Part shown: piece by piece, positions 1 to 11,857 of the stretch
Position numbering within the stretch: position 1 is the first letter of the stretch
Layout: every line of letters starts with the position of its first letter
DNA from: Bacteroidota bacterium
Lineage (GTDB): Bacteria > Bacteroidota > Rhodothermia > Rhodothermales > Rubricoccaceae
Assembly: GCA_012960515.1 (NCBI GenBank)
Contig: DUBD01000191.1
Span: 164-64,163 of the forward strand
Direction: 5' to 3'
Length of the DNA stretch: 64,000 bases
Notes under the pieces: model-generated
Seen by the model: only the letters and a program-made list of their open reading frames with translations
What the model was told of the DNA's origin: nothing
Databases searched by the model: none
Position numbers and translations under genes: made by a program

Positions 1-588
1 GGCGACCGGCCGGAGCGACCGGCGCGCGAGCCACCACCCGGCCCCTAGCGCGAACAGCACGCTCAATGCCACGCCCAGGACGAGCATCCGGCCCAACTCG
101 TCGAGTTCGGCGTGGCGGCTCCACTCGAACCCCGTCACCTCGACGTAGCCCGCCAGACCCCCGTCGGAAACGACGGGCTGGACGAGCGACCGCGCGGGCT
201 CGCCGTCCCACTCCCGGCTGAGGCGGAGCGCCCCGCGCCCCTCGGGCAGCGTCACGCCGAGCGGGGGGTGGCCCGCGACGTTCGGCGACTGGTACAGCAC
301 GTCGCCCCCGGGCGAGAGGAGGCGGACGTACGTCCCGTCCGGCCCGTCCAGCCGGACCGCCGCCGGCGTCCGCTCCAGCGCGCCCGCGTCGGCCCCGTCC
401 GGTCCCACACGTACGAGCGGCGCGACGACGCCCATCTCATGATCGAGGTGGCGGTCGAAGCTCCGGTGCGCTGCGGCGTGGAAGCCGACGTAGCAAAACA
501 CGGCGAACGCGCTCAACAGGAGCAGGAGCGTCAGCGCGTACCACAGCGCGAGCCGGGCCGAGATGGGGAGCGTGAGGAGTCGGGCCAT
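1..588 (-). CDS. Sensor histidine kinase, N-terminal part (runs off window start)
   Basis: Hand translation from ATG at 588: MARLLTLPISARLALWYALTLLLLLSAFAVFCYVGFH..., an N-terminal TM helix of CusS/CzcS type. Lies directly downstream of the response regulator. Confidence 0.75.
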   Translation of the reverse strand, partial: MARLLTLPISARLALWYALTLLLLLSAFAVFCYVGFHAAAHRSFDRHLDHEMGVVAPLVRVGPDGADAGALERTPAAVRLDGPDGTYVRLLSPGGDVLYQSPNVAGHPPLGVTLPEGRGALRLSREWDGEPARSLVQPVVSDGGLAGYVEVTGFEWSRHAELDELGRMLVLGVALSVLFALGAGWWLARRSLRPVA

Positions 589-611
589 GACCAAAGAACG
601 CGACGAGGCGC

Positions 612-1322
612 CTACTCTGCACCCGGCACAAGCCGGTAGCCCACGCCGCGGATCGTCTCGATCCCCGGTGCCTCCTCAGCCCCTGACGTCTTCTCGGCAT
701 CTGCGAGCCGCTGGCGGAGCCCGCTGACCGTCACGTCGAGCGCGTTGTCGGTCACGAACAGCGCGTCGCCCCAGACGCGCTCGGCGAGGACGGTCCGCGA
801 GAGAACCGCGTCGGCGCTCCGCATGAACACCTCCAGCATCGCGTACTCCTTCGGGCGGAGGTTCAGGACCGCCTCGCCCTTCGGGCCGACCATCGTCACC
901 TTCCGGCGCTCGCCGTCCAGCGTCAGCGGACCCACGGTCACCGTCCGCTCCTGGTCCGAGAGCGGCGGCCGGCGGAGCAGCGCTCGCAGGCGCGCCACCA
1001 GCTCCTCGAAGGCGAACGGCTTCGGGAGGTAGTCGTCGGCTCCGGCGTCGAGCCCGGCCACGCGGTGCTCGACGTCCGAGAGCGCCGTCAGCATCAGGAC
1101 CGGCTGGTCCTTGCCCGCGGCTCGGATGCGCTCGACAAGCGTCTTCCCGTCGCCCCGCGGTAGCCGCCAGTCCACCACGAAGGCGTCGTAGGCGTTCTCC
1201 AGCGCCCGCTCCTCGCCCGCCTCGGCGTCGCTCGCCACGTCCACGCGGTAGCCCTCCTCCTCCAGCCCACGGCGGATGGAGCCCGCCAGGCGGGCCTCGT
1301 CTTCGATGAGCAGGATCCACAT
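612..1322 (-). CDS. OmpR-family response regulator (CusR/CzcR-like)
   Basis: ILLIEDE receiver start, DWRLP phospho-Asp, GADDYLPKPF, C-terminal IETIRGVGYRL winged helix. Start could be 1352 instead. Confidence 0.93.
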   Translation of the reverse strand: MWILLIEDEARLAGSIRRGLEEEGYRVDVASDAEAGEERALENAYDAFVVDWRLPRGDGKTLVERIRAAGKDQPVLMLTALSDVEHRVAGLDAGADDYLPKPFAFEELVARLRALLRRPPLSDQERTVTVGPLTLDGERRKVTMVGPKGEAVLNLRPKEYAMLEVFMRSADAVLSRTVLAERVWGDALFVTDNALDVTVSGLRQRLADAEKTSGAEEAPGIETIRGVGYRLVPGAE

Positions 1323-1386
1323 GGGCGCGCCGGGGAAGGGGAGGTCAGGGGACATGGGATACCGACGGATAACAGCGGAGACCGGC

Positions 1387-1406
1387 ACCTTAACGCCTTT
1401 TCAGGT
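1387..1406 (+). promoter_or_regulatory. Candidate response-regulator operator, copy 1 (ACCTTA-N8-TCAGGT)
   Basis: Imperfect 6-8-6 palindrome in the divergent intergenic region; the same motif recurs at 2627, 6981 and 8443. Confidence 0.6.
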
Positions 1407-1464
1407 CCCGCAAAGCCCCATCTCAGCCGCCCCGCCGTTTCCTCATCCCGCAGACTCTGATCCC

Positions 1465-1572
1465 ATGACCCTCCTCGTCGCCCTCTGGTTCGCCGCGCTC
1501 CTCACGGCCACCGTCGCCGTCGGGCGCGCCCTCGCGCCACCCTCGGTCCGGCACCTCGGCCTCCATCGCTGA
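1465..1572 (+). CDS. Putative 35-aa membrane peptide
   Basis: MTLLVALWFAALLTATVAVGRAL...; hydrophobic, CCC-ATG context like neighbouring genes, ends 4 nt before the next ATG. Confidence 0.35.
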   Translation: MTLLVALWFAALLTATVAVGRALAPPSVRHLGLHR

Positions 1573-1576
1573 CCCC

Positions 1577-2563
1577 ATGCTCCCCGACTGGGCGCCCAAC
1601 GTCCACCCCCTCGTCGTCCACTTCCCCATCGCGCTCCTCTTCGTCGGAGCGCTCGTCGACGCCGTCGCGCTCGTCGTCCGCGACCGACACCCCTGGGTCC
1701 GCACCTCCGCCGTCGGGCTCTACGCCCTCGGCGCGCTGGGCACGGTCGCCGCCTTCTTCACCGGGCGCGACGCCTCCGACGAGGTCGACCTCCCCGTCCG
1801 GGCGCTCACGACGCTGAACGCCCACGCCGACTGGGCGCTCTACCTCGTGTGGTTCGCCAGCCTCTACGCCGCCCTGCGAGTGGCCGTGCTGTACTGGCGG
1901 CGCGAGTACCGTCTCGCCATTCACCTCCCGGTCGCGCTCCTCGGGCTGGCGGGCCTCCTGCTCGTCCAGCAGACCGCCGAGCGCGGGGGGCGGCTCGTCT
2001 ACGAGTACGGCGTCGCCGTCGCCGCGGCCTCTGGCGACCACGACGGCATGGACACGAGGGATCCGTCCAGCGCACCGCCCGACACCTCGGTCGCAGCCCG
2101 CCTCGACGTGCTCGCGGGCGCCCCCGCCGAGGGCTCCGTCTTTACCGTCACGCCCGGCCAGCCGACGCTCGCCGTCCTGCCGGACACCCTCGGCGACCTC
2201 GAAGCTCGGGCCACGCTCGACCTCTCCGGCTTCACCGGCACCGCCTCTCTCGTCCACCACCTCCAGGACGGCCAGACCTACGACTTCCTCGCCCTCGACC
2301 GCACGGCCTCTGGCGCCGTGACCCTCCGCCAGGGCCGCGTCGAGAGCGGCGACGAGACCACGATGGACAGCGGGACCGCGCCGCTCGACGGCCCCGCCGA
2401 GATCCGAGCCTACGCCGTTGGCACCCACTTCCGGGGCTACCTCGGCGGCGAGCAGCTCACGCACCCCCACGCCGACGCCGCCCCGCCCGGCCGCGTCGGG
2501 CTCCGCCTCGACGGCCAGGGCGCCGTCCGCGTCCTCGCCCTCTCGGCCACGCCCGTCGAATAG
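1577..2563 (+). CDS. DUF2231-like membrane protein with C-terminal beta-sandwich domain
   Basis: HPLVVHFPIAL motif, four TM helices, HADWA and GGRLVY motifs, then a beta-strand-rich soluble domain. Confidence 0.75.
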   Translation: MLPDWAPNVHPLVVHFPIALLFVGALVDAVALVVRDRHPWVRTSAVGLYALGALGTVAAFFTGRDASDEVDLPVRALTTLNAHADWALYLVWFASLYAALRVAVLYWRREYRLAIHLPVALLGLAGLLLVQQTAERGGRLVYEYGVAVAAASGDHDGMDTRDPSSAPPDTSVAARLDVLAGAPAEGSVFTVTPGQPTLAVLPDTLGDLEARATLDLSGFTGTASLVHHLQDGQTYDFLALDRTASGAVTLRQGRVESGDETTMDSGTAPLDGPAEIRAYAVGTHFRGYLGGEQLTHPHADAAPPGRVGLRLDGQGAVRVLALSATPVE

Positions 2564-2626
2564 GGGAGGGGCCGCGCCGGGCCGGTTGGGAGCCAGCGCC
2601 GCCTCTTCACCCCGTCTTGTCCCCCT

Positions 2627-2646
2627 ACCTGAGAGCCTTTTAAGGC
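2627..2646 (+). promoter_or_regulatory. Candidate operator, copy 2 (ACCTGA-N8-TAAGGC)
   Basis: Intergenic, 60 bp upstream of copA. Confidence 0.6.
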
Positions 2647-2706
2647 GCACAGCCGCACTTCGGGACCGCTGCCCCGTTTGAACGACAGCATCCAACTCCG
2701 CCTCCG

Positions 2707-4683
2707 ATGGACCGTCGACACTTTATCCGCAACGCCTCCGCCTTCGGAGCGCTCGCGGGCCTGAGCGCTCTCACGCCCGCCTGGGCACGCTCGCCCCTCA
2801 CGCACGGCCCGCTCCGCCAGCCCGGCCTCCAGCCGACCGTCCGGCGCCGGGGCTTGGTCGAGTACGACCTCACGATCGACCGGACGCCGCTCGCCTTCGG
2901 GGGGCGGACGGGCTCGGCCGTGACCATGAACGGGAGCGTGCCCGGCCCGCTCTTGCGGTTCACCGAGGGCGACGAGGCCGTGATCCGCGTCCACAACCGG
3001 CTCGACGAGATGACGTCGGTCCACTGGCACGGGCTCATCCTCCCCAACGACCAGGACGGCGTGCCCCACGTCAACTTCCCCGGCATCGAGGCCCGCTCGA
3101 CGTTCGAGTACCGCTACCCGATCCGCCAGTTCGGAACCTACTGGTGCCACAGCCACTCGGCGTTCCAGGAGCAGCTCGGCCACTACGCCGCGCTCGTCAT
3201 CGACCCGGCCGGGCCGGAGCCCTACGCCTTCGACCGCGAGTACGTGATCGTGCTCTCGGACTGGACGTTCGAGGACCCCCACGACGTCCTCGACAACCTC
3301 AAAAACCGCCCGAACTACTACAACTTCCAGCGCCAGACGGTCGCGGGCCTCCTCGCGGGCGAGGGGATGGGCGCCCGAGAGCGCATGAACTGGGAGCGGA
3401 TGCGGATGGACCCCACCGACATCTCGGACATCACGGGGGCCACCTATACGTTCCTCATGAACGGGCAGGCCCCGGACCCGGGGTGGAGCGGGCTGTTCCG
3501 CCCCGGCGAGCGCGTCCGGCTCCGGTTCATCAACGCGGCGGCCATGACGTTCTACGACGTCCGCATCCCGGGCCTCCCGATGACCGTCGTCCAGGTGAGC
3601 GGCCAGCACGTCGAGCCGGTCGAGACCGACGAGTTCCGGATCGGCGTGGCCGAGACCTACGACGTCGTCGTCGAGCCCGCCGACCGGGCCTACACCCTCT
3701 TCGCCGAGGCCATGGACCGCTCGGGCTACGCCCGCGGCACGCTCGCGCCCCGTCCCGGCATGACGGCGCCCGTGCCGGAGATGCGGGACCGCCCCTCCCT
3801 CACCATGATGGACATGGGGATGGCGCACGGCGGCCCCGGCATGGACCACGCCGGGATGGGCATGGGCGACCACTCCGGCATGGACATGGGCGGGGAGGCC
3901 GCCGCCCCGATGGAGGGCATGGACCACGGCGCGATGGGCCACGAGCCCCCGGCCCCGGACCACCCCGCTGCCGCGGCCCCGATCATGGCCCACGGCGACC
4001 ACGCCCAGAGCGCCGACGAGGTCGCCATGCCCGGCGTCGACAACGCCGGCCTCCGGCCTCCGGGCGCCCTCCCCGACGTCACGCCCCACGGCGCCGACGA
4101 CCACGGCATCGCGAACGCCATGGCCCCGGACCAGACGCGCTCCCGGCTCCACGAGCCCGGCATCGGGCTCGGCGACGACGGCCGCCGCGTCCTGGTCTAC
4201 ACCGACCTCCGCGCGCTCCACCCCGAGCCGCGCCGGGCGCCCGACCGCGAGGTCGAGCTCCACCTCACGGGCAACATGGAGCGCTACATGTGGGGGATCA
4301 ACGGGAAGACCTACGCCGAGGACCCCCTCATCCCGATGGTCTACGGCGAGCGCCTGCGGCTCACCATGGTCAACGACACCATGATGAACCACCCGATGCA
4401 CATCCACGGGATGTGGATGGAGCTCGAGAACGGCCACGGCCAGCGCATCCCGCGCGTCCACACGGTCGTGGTGAAGCCGGCCGAGCGGGTCTCGGTCCTC
4501 CTCGAGGTCGACGCCCTCGGCCCGTGGGCCTACCACTGCCACATCCTCTACCACATGGACCTCGGCATGTTCAGGGTCGCCATGGTCCAGCGGCCCGACG
4601 ACTGGGACGCGGAGACGCTCGCCGAGATGTACCCGTCGGGGCTCCCGGCGGGCTTCCCGCGCCGCGACCTCGCCCGCGGCTAG
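2707..4683 (+). CDS. copA: CopA-family multicopper oxidase (Tat-exported)
   Basis: DRRHF Tat signal; HWHG, WCHSH, HPMHIHG and HCHILYHMDLGM copper motifs; Met/His-rich insert. Confidence 0.95.
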   Translation: MDRRHFIRNASAFGALAGLSALTPAWARSPLTHGPLRQPGLQPTVRRRGLVEYDLTIDRTPLAFGGRTGSAVTMNGSVPGPLLRFTEGDEAVIRVHNRLDEMTSVHWHGLILPNDQDGVPHVNFPGIEARSTFEYRYPIRQFGTYWCHSHSAFQEQLGHYAALVIDPAGPEPYAFDREYVIVLSDWTFEDPHDVLDNLKNRPNYYNFQRQTVAGLLAGEGMGARERMNWERMRMDPTDISDITGATYTFLMNGQAPDPGWSGLFRPGERVRLRFINAAAMTFYDVRIPGLPMTVVQVSGQHVEPVETDEFRIGVAETYDVVVEPADRAYTLFAEAMDRSGYARGTLAPRPGMTAPVPEMRDRPSLTMMDMGMAHGGPGMDHAGMGMGDHSGMDMGGEAAAPMEGMDHGAMGHEPPAPDHPAAAAPIMAHGDHAQSADEVAMPGVDNAGLRPPGALPDVTPHGADDHGIANAMAPDQTRSRLHEPGIGLGDDGRRVLVYTDLRALHPEPRRAPDREVELHLTGNMERYMWGINGKTYAEDPLIPMVYGERLRLTMVNDTMMNHPMHIHGMWMELENGHGQRIPRVHTVVVKPAERVSVLLEVDALGPWAYHCHILYHMDLGMFRVAMVQRPDDWDAETLAEMYPSGLPAGFPRRDLARG

Positions 4684-4725
4684 CGCGCGGACGCCGGCCC
4701 CCGACCTCCCCCCGACCTCCCCACC

Positions 4726-5502
4726 ATGACCCGCCTCCCGACCCTCCTCGCTGCCGCGCTGGCGCTCGCCGCCAGCGGCCCGGCCCTCGCCCAGGGCGAC
4801 CCGCCCCCGTTCCCCGAGTACCCTGCCTTCCGGCCGGGCGCCGTCGCGGCGGCCGACCAGGACCTCTTCTCGCTCGCGCTCCTCGACATCTTCGAGCTGG
4901 CGCCCGCCGCCGACGGCCTCCCCGCGCGGCTGGAGGGGTTCTACCGCATCGGGACCGACTACAACCGGCTCTTCGTCCGCGCCGAAGGCGAGGGGCTCAT
5001 CGCCGAGGGCGAGGGGGAGGCCGAGGTCCAGGCCCTCTACAGCCGCCTCGTCACGTCCTACTTCGAGGCGCAGGCCGGCCTCCGCCTCGACACCGAGTTC
5101 GGCGACGGCGGGCTCCGCGCCCGGCCCCAGCTCGCCGTCGGGCTCGAGGGGCTCGCGCCGTACTTCTTCGAGGTCGAGCCCTTCCTCTTCCTGAGCTACA
5201 AGGGCGACCTCTCGGCCCGGCTGGAGGGCTCCTATGACCTTCTCCTCACGCAGCGCTTGGTGCTCCAGCCCGAGGCCGAGGTGACGCTCGCGCTCCAGGA
5301 GGTCGAGGACTGGGGCGTCGGCTCCGGCCTCAACGATGTCGAGGTCGGCCTCCGCCTCCGCTACGAGGTCCGCCGAGAGGTCGCCCCCTACGTCGGCGTC
5401 TCGTGGCTGAACCGCTTCGGCGGGGCCCGCGACTTCGCCCGCGCCGAGGGCGAGCCGACCTCGGAGGCACTCGTCGTCTTCGGCCTTCGCCTGTGGCGCT
5501 AG
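4726..5502 (+). CDS. copB: Copper resistance outer-membrane protein B
   Basis: Signal peptide, [31 protein letters not shown]; follows copA. Confidence 0.92.
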   Translation: MTRLPTLLAAALALAASGPALAQGDPPPFPEYPAFRPGAVAAADQDLFSLALLDIFELAPAADGLPARLEGFYRIGTDYNRLFVRAEGEGLIAEGEGEAEVQALYSRLVTSYFEAQAGLRLDTEFGDGGLRARPQLAVGLEGLAPYFFEVEPFLFLSYKGDLSARLEGSYDLLLTQRLVLQPEAEVTLALQEVEDWGVGSGLNDVEVGLRLRYEVRREVAPYVGVSWLNRFGGARDFARAEGEPTSEALVVFGLRLWR

Positions 5503-5533
5503 CCCCCTCAATCCCTCTACGACCCTCACACCG

Positions 5534-6571
5534 ATGAACACCACCCGCACGCTTCTTGTCGTAGCCGCCCTCCTGGCCGCGCCCTCCGCCCTCGCTCAAC
5601 AGCACGAGGGCATGGACCACTCGGGCATGGACCATTCACAGACGGAAGGGACGGACCACGGCGCGATTCACCACGATGCCATGATGGCGCTCCACCTGCG
5701 CATGATGGCCGACCCCGAGGTCCACGCCGCCATGAAGGCCGACCCCGAGATGCAGGCGCTCATGGCCGAGATGATGCCCGCGATGGACCACTCGGGCATG
5801 GACCACTCGCAGATGAGCGGGATGGAGCACGGCGAGACGCCGCACGAGATGCCGATGGACGCCGACGCCCGGGCCGCCATGATGGCCCGGATGCGCGAGC
5901 GGATGCAGGCCATGACGCCAGAGGCCCACGCCGCGTTCATGGCCCGGATGGAGGCCGTCCACACCCGCCTCATGGCCGAGCCCGCCGTCCACCAGCGGAT
6001 GATGGCCGACCCCGAGATGCGCCGGATGATGGAGGCCATGCCAGGCGGGATGGACCATGGTTCGATGGACGGCATGGATCATGGCCAGATGCAGGGGATG
6101 GATCATTCTCAAATGCAGGGCATGGATCACTCGGGCATGGACCACGCCGCCGGTGTCGCCATGCAGCGGCGCAACGCAGGCGCTCCCAACGGCGACGAGC
6201 GCCCCGCGACGCCCACTGTCGGCCAGGCCGAGTTCGACGCCTCCGCCACGGCCGACCGGTTCCACGCCGCCCTCGCCTCGGGCGACCGCGCTACCATGGA
6301 GGCCCTCCTGCTTCCCGACGCCGTGGTCCTGGAGGGCGGGCGCGCCGAGGCCCGCAACGAGTACCTCAGCGGCCACTTCGCCCGCGACGCCGCCTTCCTC
6401 GCCGACGCCCAGCCCGAGCCGCTCTTCCGCCGCACGACGGTCGCGGGCGACGCCGCCTGGGTCGCCTCCACCCAGCGCGTCCGCGATGCTGAGATGGCCG
6501 AGCTCCTCGTCATGACGCGGACGGCCGAGGGCTGGCGCGTCGCCGCCGTCCACTGGTCGTCGGCCCGCTAG
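5534..6571 (+). CDS. Secreted Met/His-rich protein with C-terminal NTF2/DUF4440-like domain
   Basis: Signal peptide (ALA-Q), repeated [12 protein letters not shown]-terminal ADRFHAAL...WRVAAVHWS. Confidence 0.8.
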   Translation: MNTTRTLLVVAALLAAPSALAQQHEGMDHSGMDHSQTEGTDHGAIHHDAMMALHLRMMADPEVHAAMKADPEMQALMAEMMPAMDHSGMDHSQMSGMEHGETPHEMPMDADARAAMMARMRERMQAMTPEAHAAFMARMEAVHTRLMAEPAVHQRMMADPEMRRMMEAMPGGMDHGSMDGMDHGQMQGMDHSQMQGMDHSGMDHAAGVAMQRRNAGAPNGDERPATPTVGQAEFDASATADRFHAALASGDRATMEALLLPDAVVLEGGRAEARNEYLSGHFARDAAFLADAQPEPLFRRTTVAGDAAWVASTQRVRDAEMAELLVMTRTAEGWRVAAVHWSSAR

Positions 6572-6581
6572 TCCCGAACGT

Positions 6582-6986
6582 TTGATCGCCTTCGGCTCGG
6601 GCCTCTTGGCCGCACTGGCGGTCATCGTCGCCGCGCGCGCGTCTGGTTTCGACCGCGGGCGCTCGTTTTATCCGACGGTCCTCGTCGTCATCGCACTCCT
6701 TTACGTCCTGTTCGGGGTCGAATCCGGAGCCGCCGAGGCCGTCGCTGCAGAGACGGTCGTCGCGCTCTCATTCATCGCGCTGGCGGTCGTCGCCTTCCGA
6801 CGCCGCTCCTTCGCGCTCCTCGCCGTCGGGCTCGCGCTCCACGGCCTCTGGGACATCGCGCACCCTTTCGTGCTCCCCGAGAGCGACGGCGTTCCCACGT
6901 GGTGGCCCGCGTTCTGCCTCGGTGTCGACCTCCCGCTCGCAGCCTGGGCGTTCTGGGCGTGGCCGCCCTCGCCCGGCTCCACCTGA
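6582..6986 (+). CDS. Small 4-TM membrane protein (DUF6010-like)
   Basis: TTG start; hydrophobic helices; HGLWD and WWPAFCLGVD motifs. Confidence 0.65.
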   Translation: MIAFGSGLLAALAVIVAARASGFDRGRSFYPTVLVVIALLYVLFGVESGAAEAVAAETVVALSFIALAVVAFRRRSFALLAVGLALHGLWDIAHPFVLPESDGVPTWWPAFCLGVDLPLAAWAFWAWPPSPGST

Positions 6987-7000
6987 GCGTCTTTTAAGGG
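6981..7000 (+). promoter_or_regulatory. Candidate operator, copy 3 (ACCTGA-N8-TAAGGG)
   Basis: Overlaps the upstream stop codon, about 50 bp before the methyltransferase GTG; an extra TTAAGG half-site lies at 7025-7030. Confidence 0.55.
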
Positions 7001-7048
7001 TCGCAAGGCCGCAAAACCGCGTTGTTAAGGGGCCACCCCTCGGCCCCC

Positions 7049-8372
7049 GTGATTCTCGACGCGCTCGTCCCTCTCCTCCGCTGCCCGGCGTGCGGCGGAG
7101 CCCTCGCCCTCGACCGCGCCCCCCAGCCCGACCCCGAGGCGGGCGACTGCGGCGTCCTCCGGTGCCCGTGCAGCGCCGACTACCCCGTTCTCGACGGGGT
7201 CCCCGTCCTCCGCACCGGCACGCTCGACCGCCGCTCCATCGCTGACGACCGCGTCCTCGCGCCCGGCCCCAGCGTGGCCGCCGTCGTCTCGCGGGTCGAG
7301 GCCGGAGAGGCGCTCGGCGCTCTCGTGGATCTCCTCGCGGCCCCCCTCTGCCCGTGGCCGCTCCACAAGGTCGCCGCACTCCGGCGCCTCAGCCTCCGCG
7401 AGCCGCTCCGCTCCGCCGGCCTCGCGCTCCGCCGGCCTCGCGCTCCGCCGTCGGCGCGTCCGCGCCATGCTCCGCAGCCGCGACGCGCTCACGGCCGAGG
7501 ACTGGCTCGCCAGCTTCTACTGGCACGCGCCCGAGGTCTACGACCCGTTCAACTACTTCTTTTTCCGATTCGGGACGCCCCGCCACCTCGCCACGCTCGG
7601 CCTCGTCTCGGCCCTTCCTGACACCGCCGCGCCCGTCCTCGACCTCGCCTGCGGCTACGGCCACCTCGCCCACACCCTCTCCGCTCAGGGGCGGGCCGTC
7701 GTCGGGCTCGACCAGAACCTCCACCAGGCGTGGCTGGCCCGCCACTACGTCGCTCCCGACGCGGCCTTCGTCTGCGCCGACGCCTCGCGCCCACTCCCCT
7801 TCGCCGACGGGGCGTTCGGGGCCGCCGTCTGCTCCGACGCCTTCCACTACGTCCGCGACAAGAGGGGCGCGGTCGCCGAGCTGGACCGGACCACGAATGG
7901 CGGGCCGCTCCTCTTCCCGACCGTCGGCAACGCCCTCGTCGGCGAGCCCGACGGCCACGAGTTGGCGCCCGACGCCTACCGCGCCCTCTTCGAGGGCTGG
8001 CACGTCCGCGTCACGTCCGACGACGCCCTCTTCCGGCGCTACCGGGACGGCCTCGGCCCCGACCTCGCCGACCCCGAGCCGGACGGCGCCCGCTGGCTCG
8101 CCCTCGTGGCCACGCGCCACGACCCCGCGCCCCTCCTCTGCGACCACGGACCGCTCGACGGCTGGCCCCACGCCGCCGGCCGCCTCGCCCTCAACCCGCT
8201 CTACGAGCCAGAGGGGGACCGCTACGCGCTCCGGCTCCCGTCGCCGTGGTACGAGGCCGAGAACGGCGGCCTCCGGGACTACATGCCGCCCGCCGTGGGC
8301 CGTGGCGCCGAGCCCACGCCGGACCTCGTCGCTCGTGCCGCGTTCGTGGGGCTGCCGGAGCGGTACGCGAGA
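7049..8372 (+). pseudogene. Class I SAM methyltransferase with N-terminal Trm112-like Cys motif; frameshifted
   Basis: LRCPACGG and LRCPC N-terminus in one frame; VLDLACGYG motif I in the next frame. The frames are separated by a 16-bp tandem duplication at 7410-7441. The end is approximate because no stop remains in frame. Confidence 0.75.
7410..7450 (+). repeat. 16-bp tandem duplication GCTCCGCCGGCCTCGC x2 plus partial copy
   Basis: Copies at 7410-7425 and 7426-7441; removing one restores a single reading frame. Confidence 0.85.
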
Positions 8373-8442
8373 CGCCGCGGCCCCGCGTCGTCGCGGCCAA
8401 CCGGGCACTTTCCGCGCTTCTCGGGCGGGGGAGGGGCACGTG

Positions 8443-8462
8443 ACCTGAGCGGGATTTCAGGT
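8443..8462 (+). promoter_or_regulatory. Candidate operator, copy 4 (perfect GACCTGA-N8-TCAGGTC)
   Basis: Perfect 7-8-7 inverted repeat at 8442-8463, about 65 bp before the Cu-ATPase ATG at 8529. Confidence 0.65.
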
Positions 8463-8528
8463 CGCGTCCCGATCCTGCCAGCGGCGTCGGCGTTGGACGA
8501 CGGCCCTTCTCCTGCCGACCTGCGCACG

Positions 8529-10788
<2,260 letters not shown>

Positions 10789-10791
10789 CCC

Positions 10792-11781
10792 ATGACGATC
10801 CTCCTCGCGGCCCTCGGCGCGGTCGTCGTCGCTGTCGCGCTCTACGACGTCCTCAAGACGACGCTCTCCGCTCAGGGCGGGGCGCCGCTCACGAGCGCGC
10901 TCTCGGCCGGGCTGTGGGCGATCCTCGGGCGTGGGCCCGCCCACGGCCTCCCGCGCCGCGCTGCGGGCGGCGTCATCCTTACGGCCGTCCCCGTCGCCTG
11001 GACGCTCCTCTTGTGGACCGGCTGGACCATCGTCTTCGCCAGCGCCGACGGCGCCGTGGTCGACGCCTCCTCGCAGACGCCCGCCGACCTCCCCGCCCGC
11101 GTCTACTTCGTCGGGTTCACGCTCTTCACGCTCGGCAACGGCGACTACGTCCCGTCCGGGGGCGCGTGGCAGGTTCTGACCGCCGTCGCCTCGTTCACGG
11201 GCCTCTTCCTCGTCACGCTCGCGATCACCTACCTCCTCCCCGTCGTCCAGGCCGTCGCCGAGAAGAGGTCGCTCGCGGGCCGGATCCACTCGCTCGGGGC
11301 AACGGGCGTCGAGATTGCGGCCCAGGCGGGCGGACCGGGCTCCAGCCTGGAGCGTCAGCTCGAGTCCGCCGCCGCCGACCTCACGCTCCACGCCGAGCGC
11401 CACCTCGTCTACCCCGTCCTCCACTACTTCGCGAGCGACGAGGCCCGGACGGCCCTCGCCCCCCGCCTCGCCGCGCTCAGCGACGGGCTCCTCCTCCTCC
11501 GCCACGGGCTCCCCGAGGCCGACCGGCCCGACCCGACCGCGCTCGGCTCGGTCGAGGGCGCCCTCGACGACTACCTCGCGACCGTCCGCGGCTCGCTCGC
11601 GAGCCCGTCCGAGGAGGCCCCGCCGCCCCCGCCGTCCGCGGGTCTGGACCGCACGGCGCCCGAGGCCGACCGAGACCTCGCCGATGCGGCCCGCCAGCGC
11701 GACGACCAGCGCCGACTCCTCCGGGCCGTCGTCCGCCAGAGTGGCCACGACTGGCCAGGCGCGGTCGGCACCCAGTCGTGA
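10792..11781 (+). CDS. Potassium-channel-family (2-TM pore) protein
   Basis: YFVGFTLFTLGNGDYVP pore-like loop between TM helices; C-terminal YPVLHYF. Confidence 0.8.
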   Translation: MTILLAALGAVVVAVALYDVLKTTLSAQGGAPLTSALSAGLWAILGRGPAHGLPRRAAGGVILTAVPVAWTLLLWTGWTIVFASADGAVVDASSQTPADLPARVYFVGFTLFTLGNGDYVPSGGAWQVLTAVASFTGLFLVTLAITYLLPVVQAVAEKRSLAGRIHSLGATGVEIAAQAGGPGSSLERQLESAAADLTLHAERHLVYPVLHYFASDEARTALAPRLAALSDGLLLLRHGLPEADRPDPTALGSVEGALDDYLATVRGSLASPSEEAPPPPPSAGLDRTAPEADRDLADAARQRDDQRRLLRAVVRQSGHDWPGAVGTQS

Positions 11782-11841
11782 ACCTGGAGGGAACAACCAA
11801 CGGAGGGCTGGCGACGGGGAGGGGAGTGGGGTATCCTACGA

Positions 11842-11857
11842 TTGAGCCATGACTCAA
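11842..11857 (+). promoter_or_regulatory. Candidate ArsR/SmtB operator TTGAG-N6-CTCAA overlapping its own start
   Basis: Inverted repeat spanning ATG 11849; ArsR-family regulators typically autoregulate. Confidence 0.35.

Noticed and set aside
2437-5550. 1037-aa minus-strand ORF
   Set aside because: Antisense shadow of copA/copB caused by high-GC codon bias; no domain motifs.
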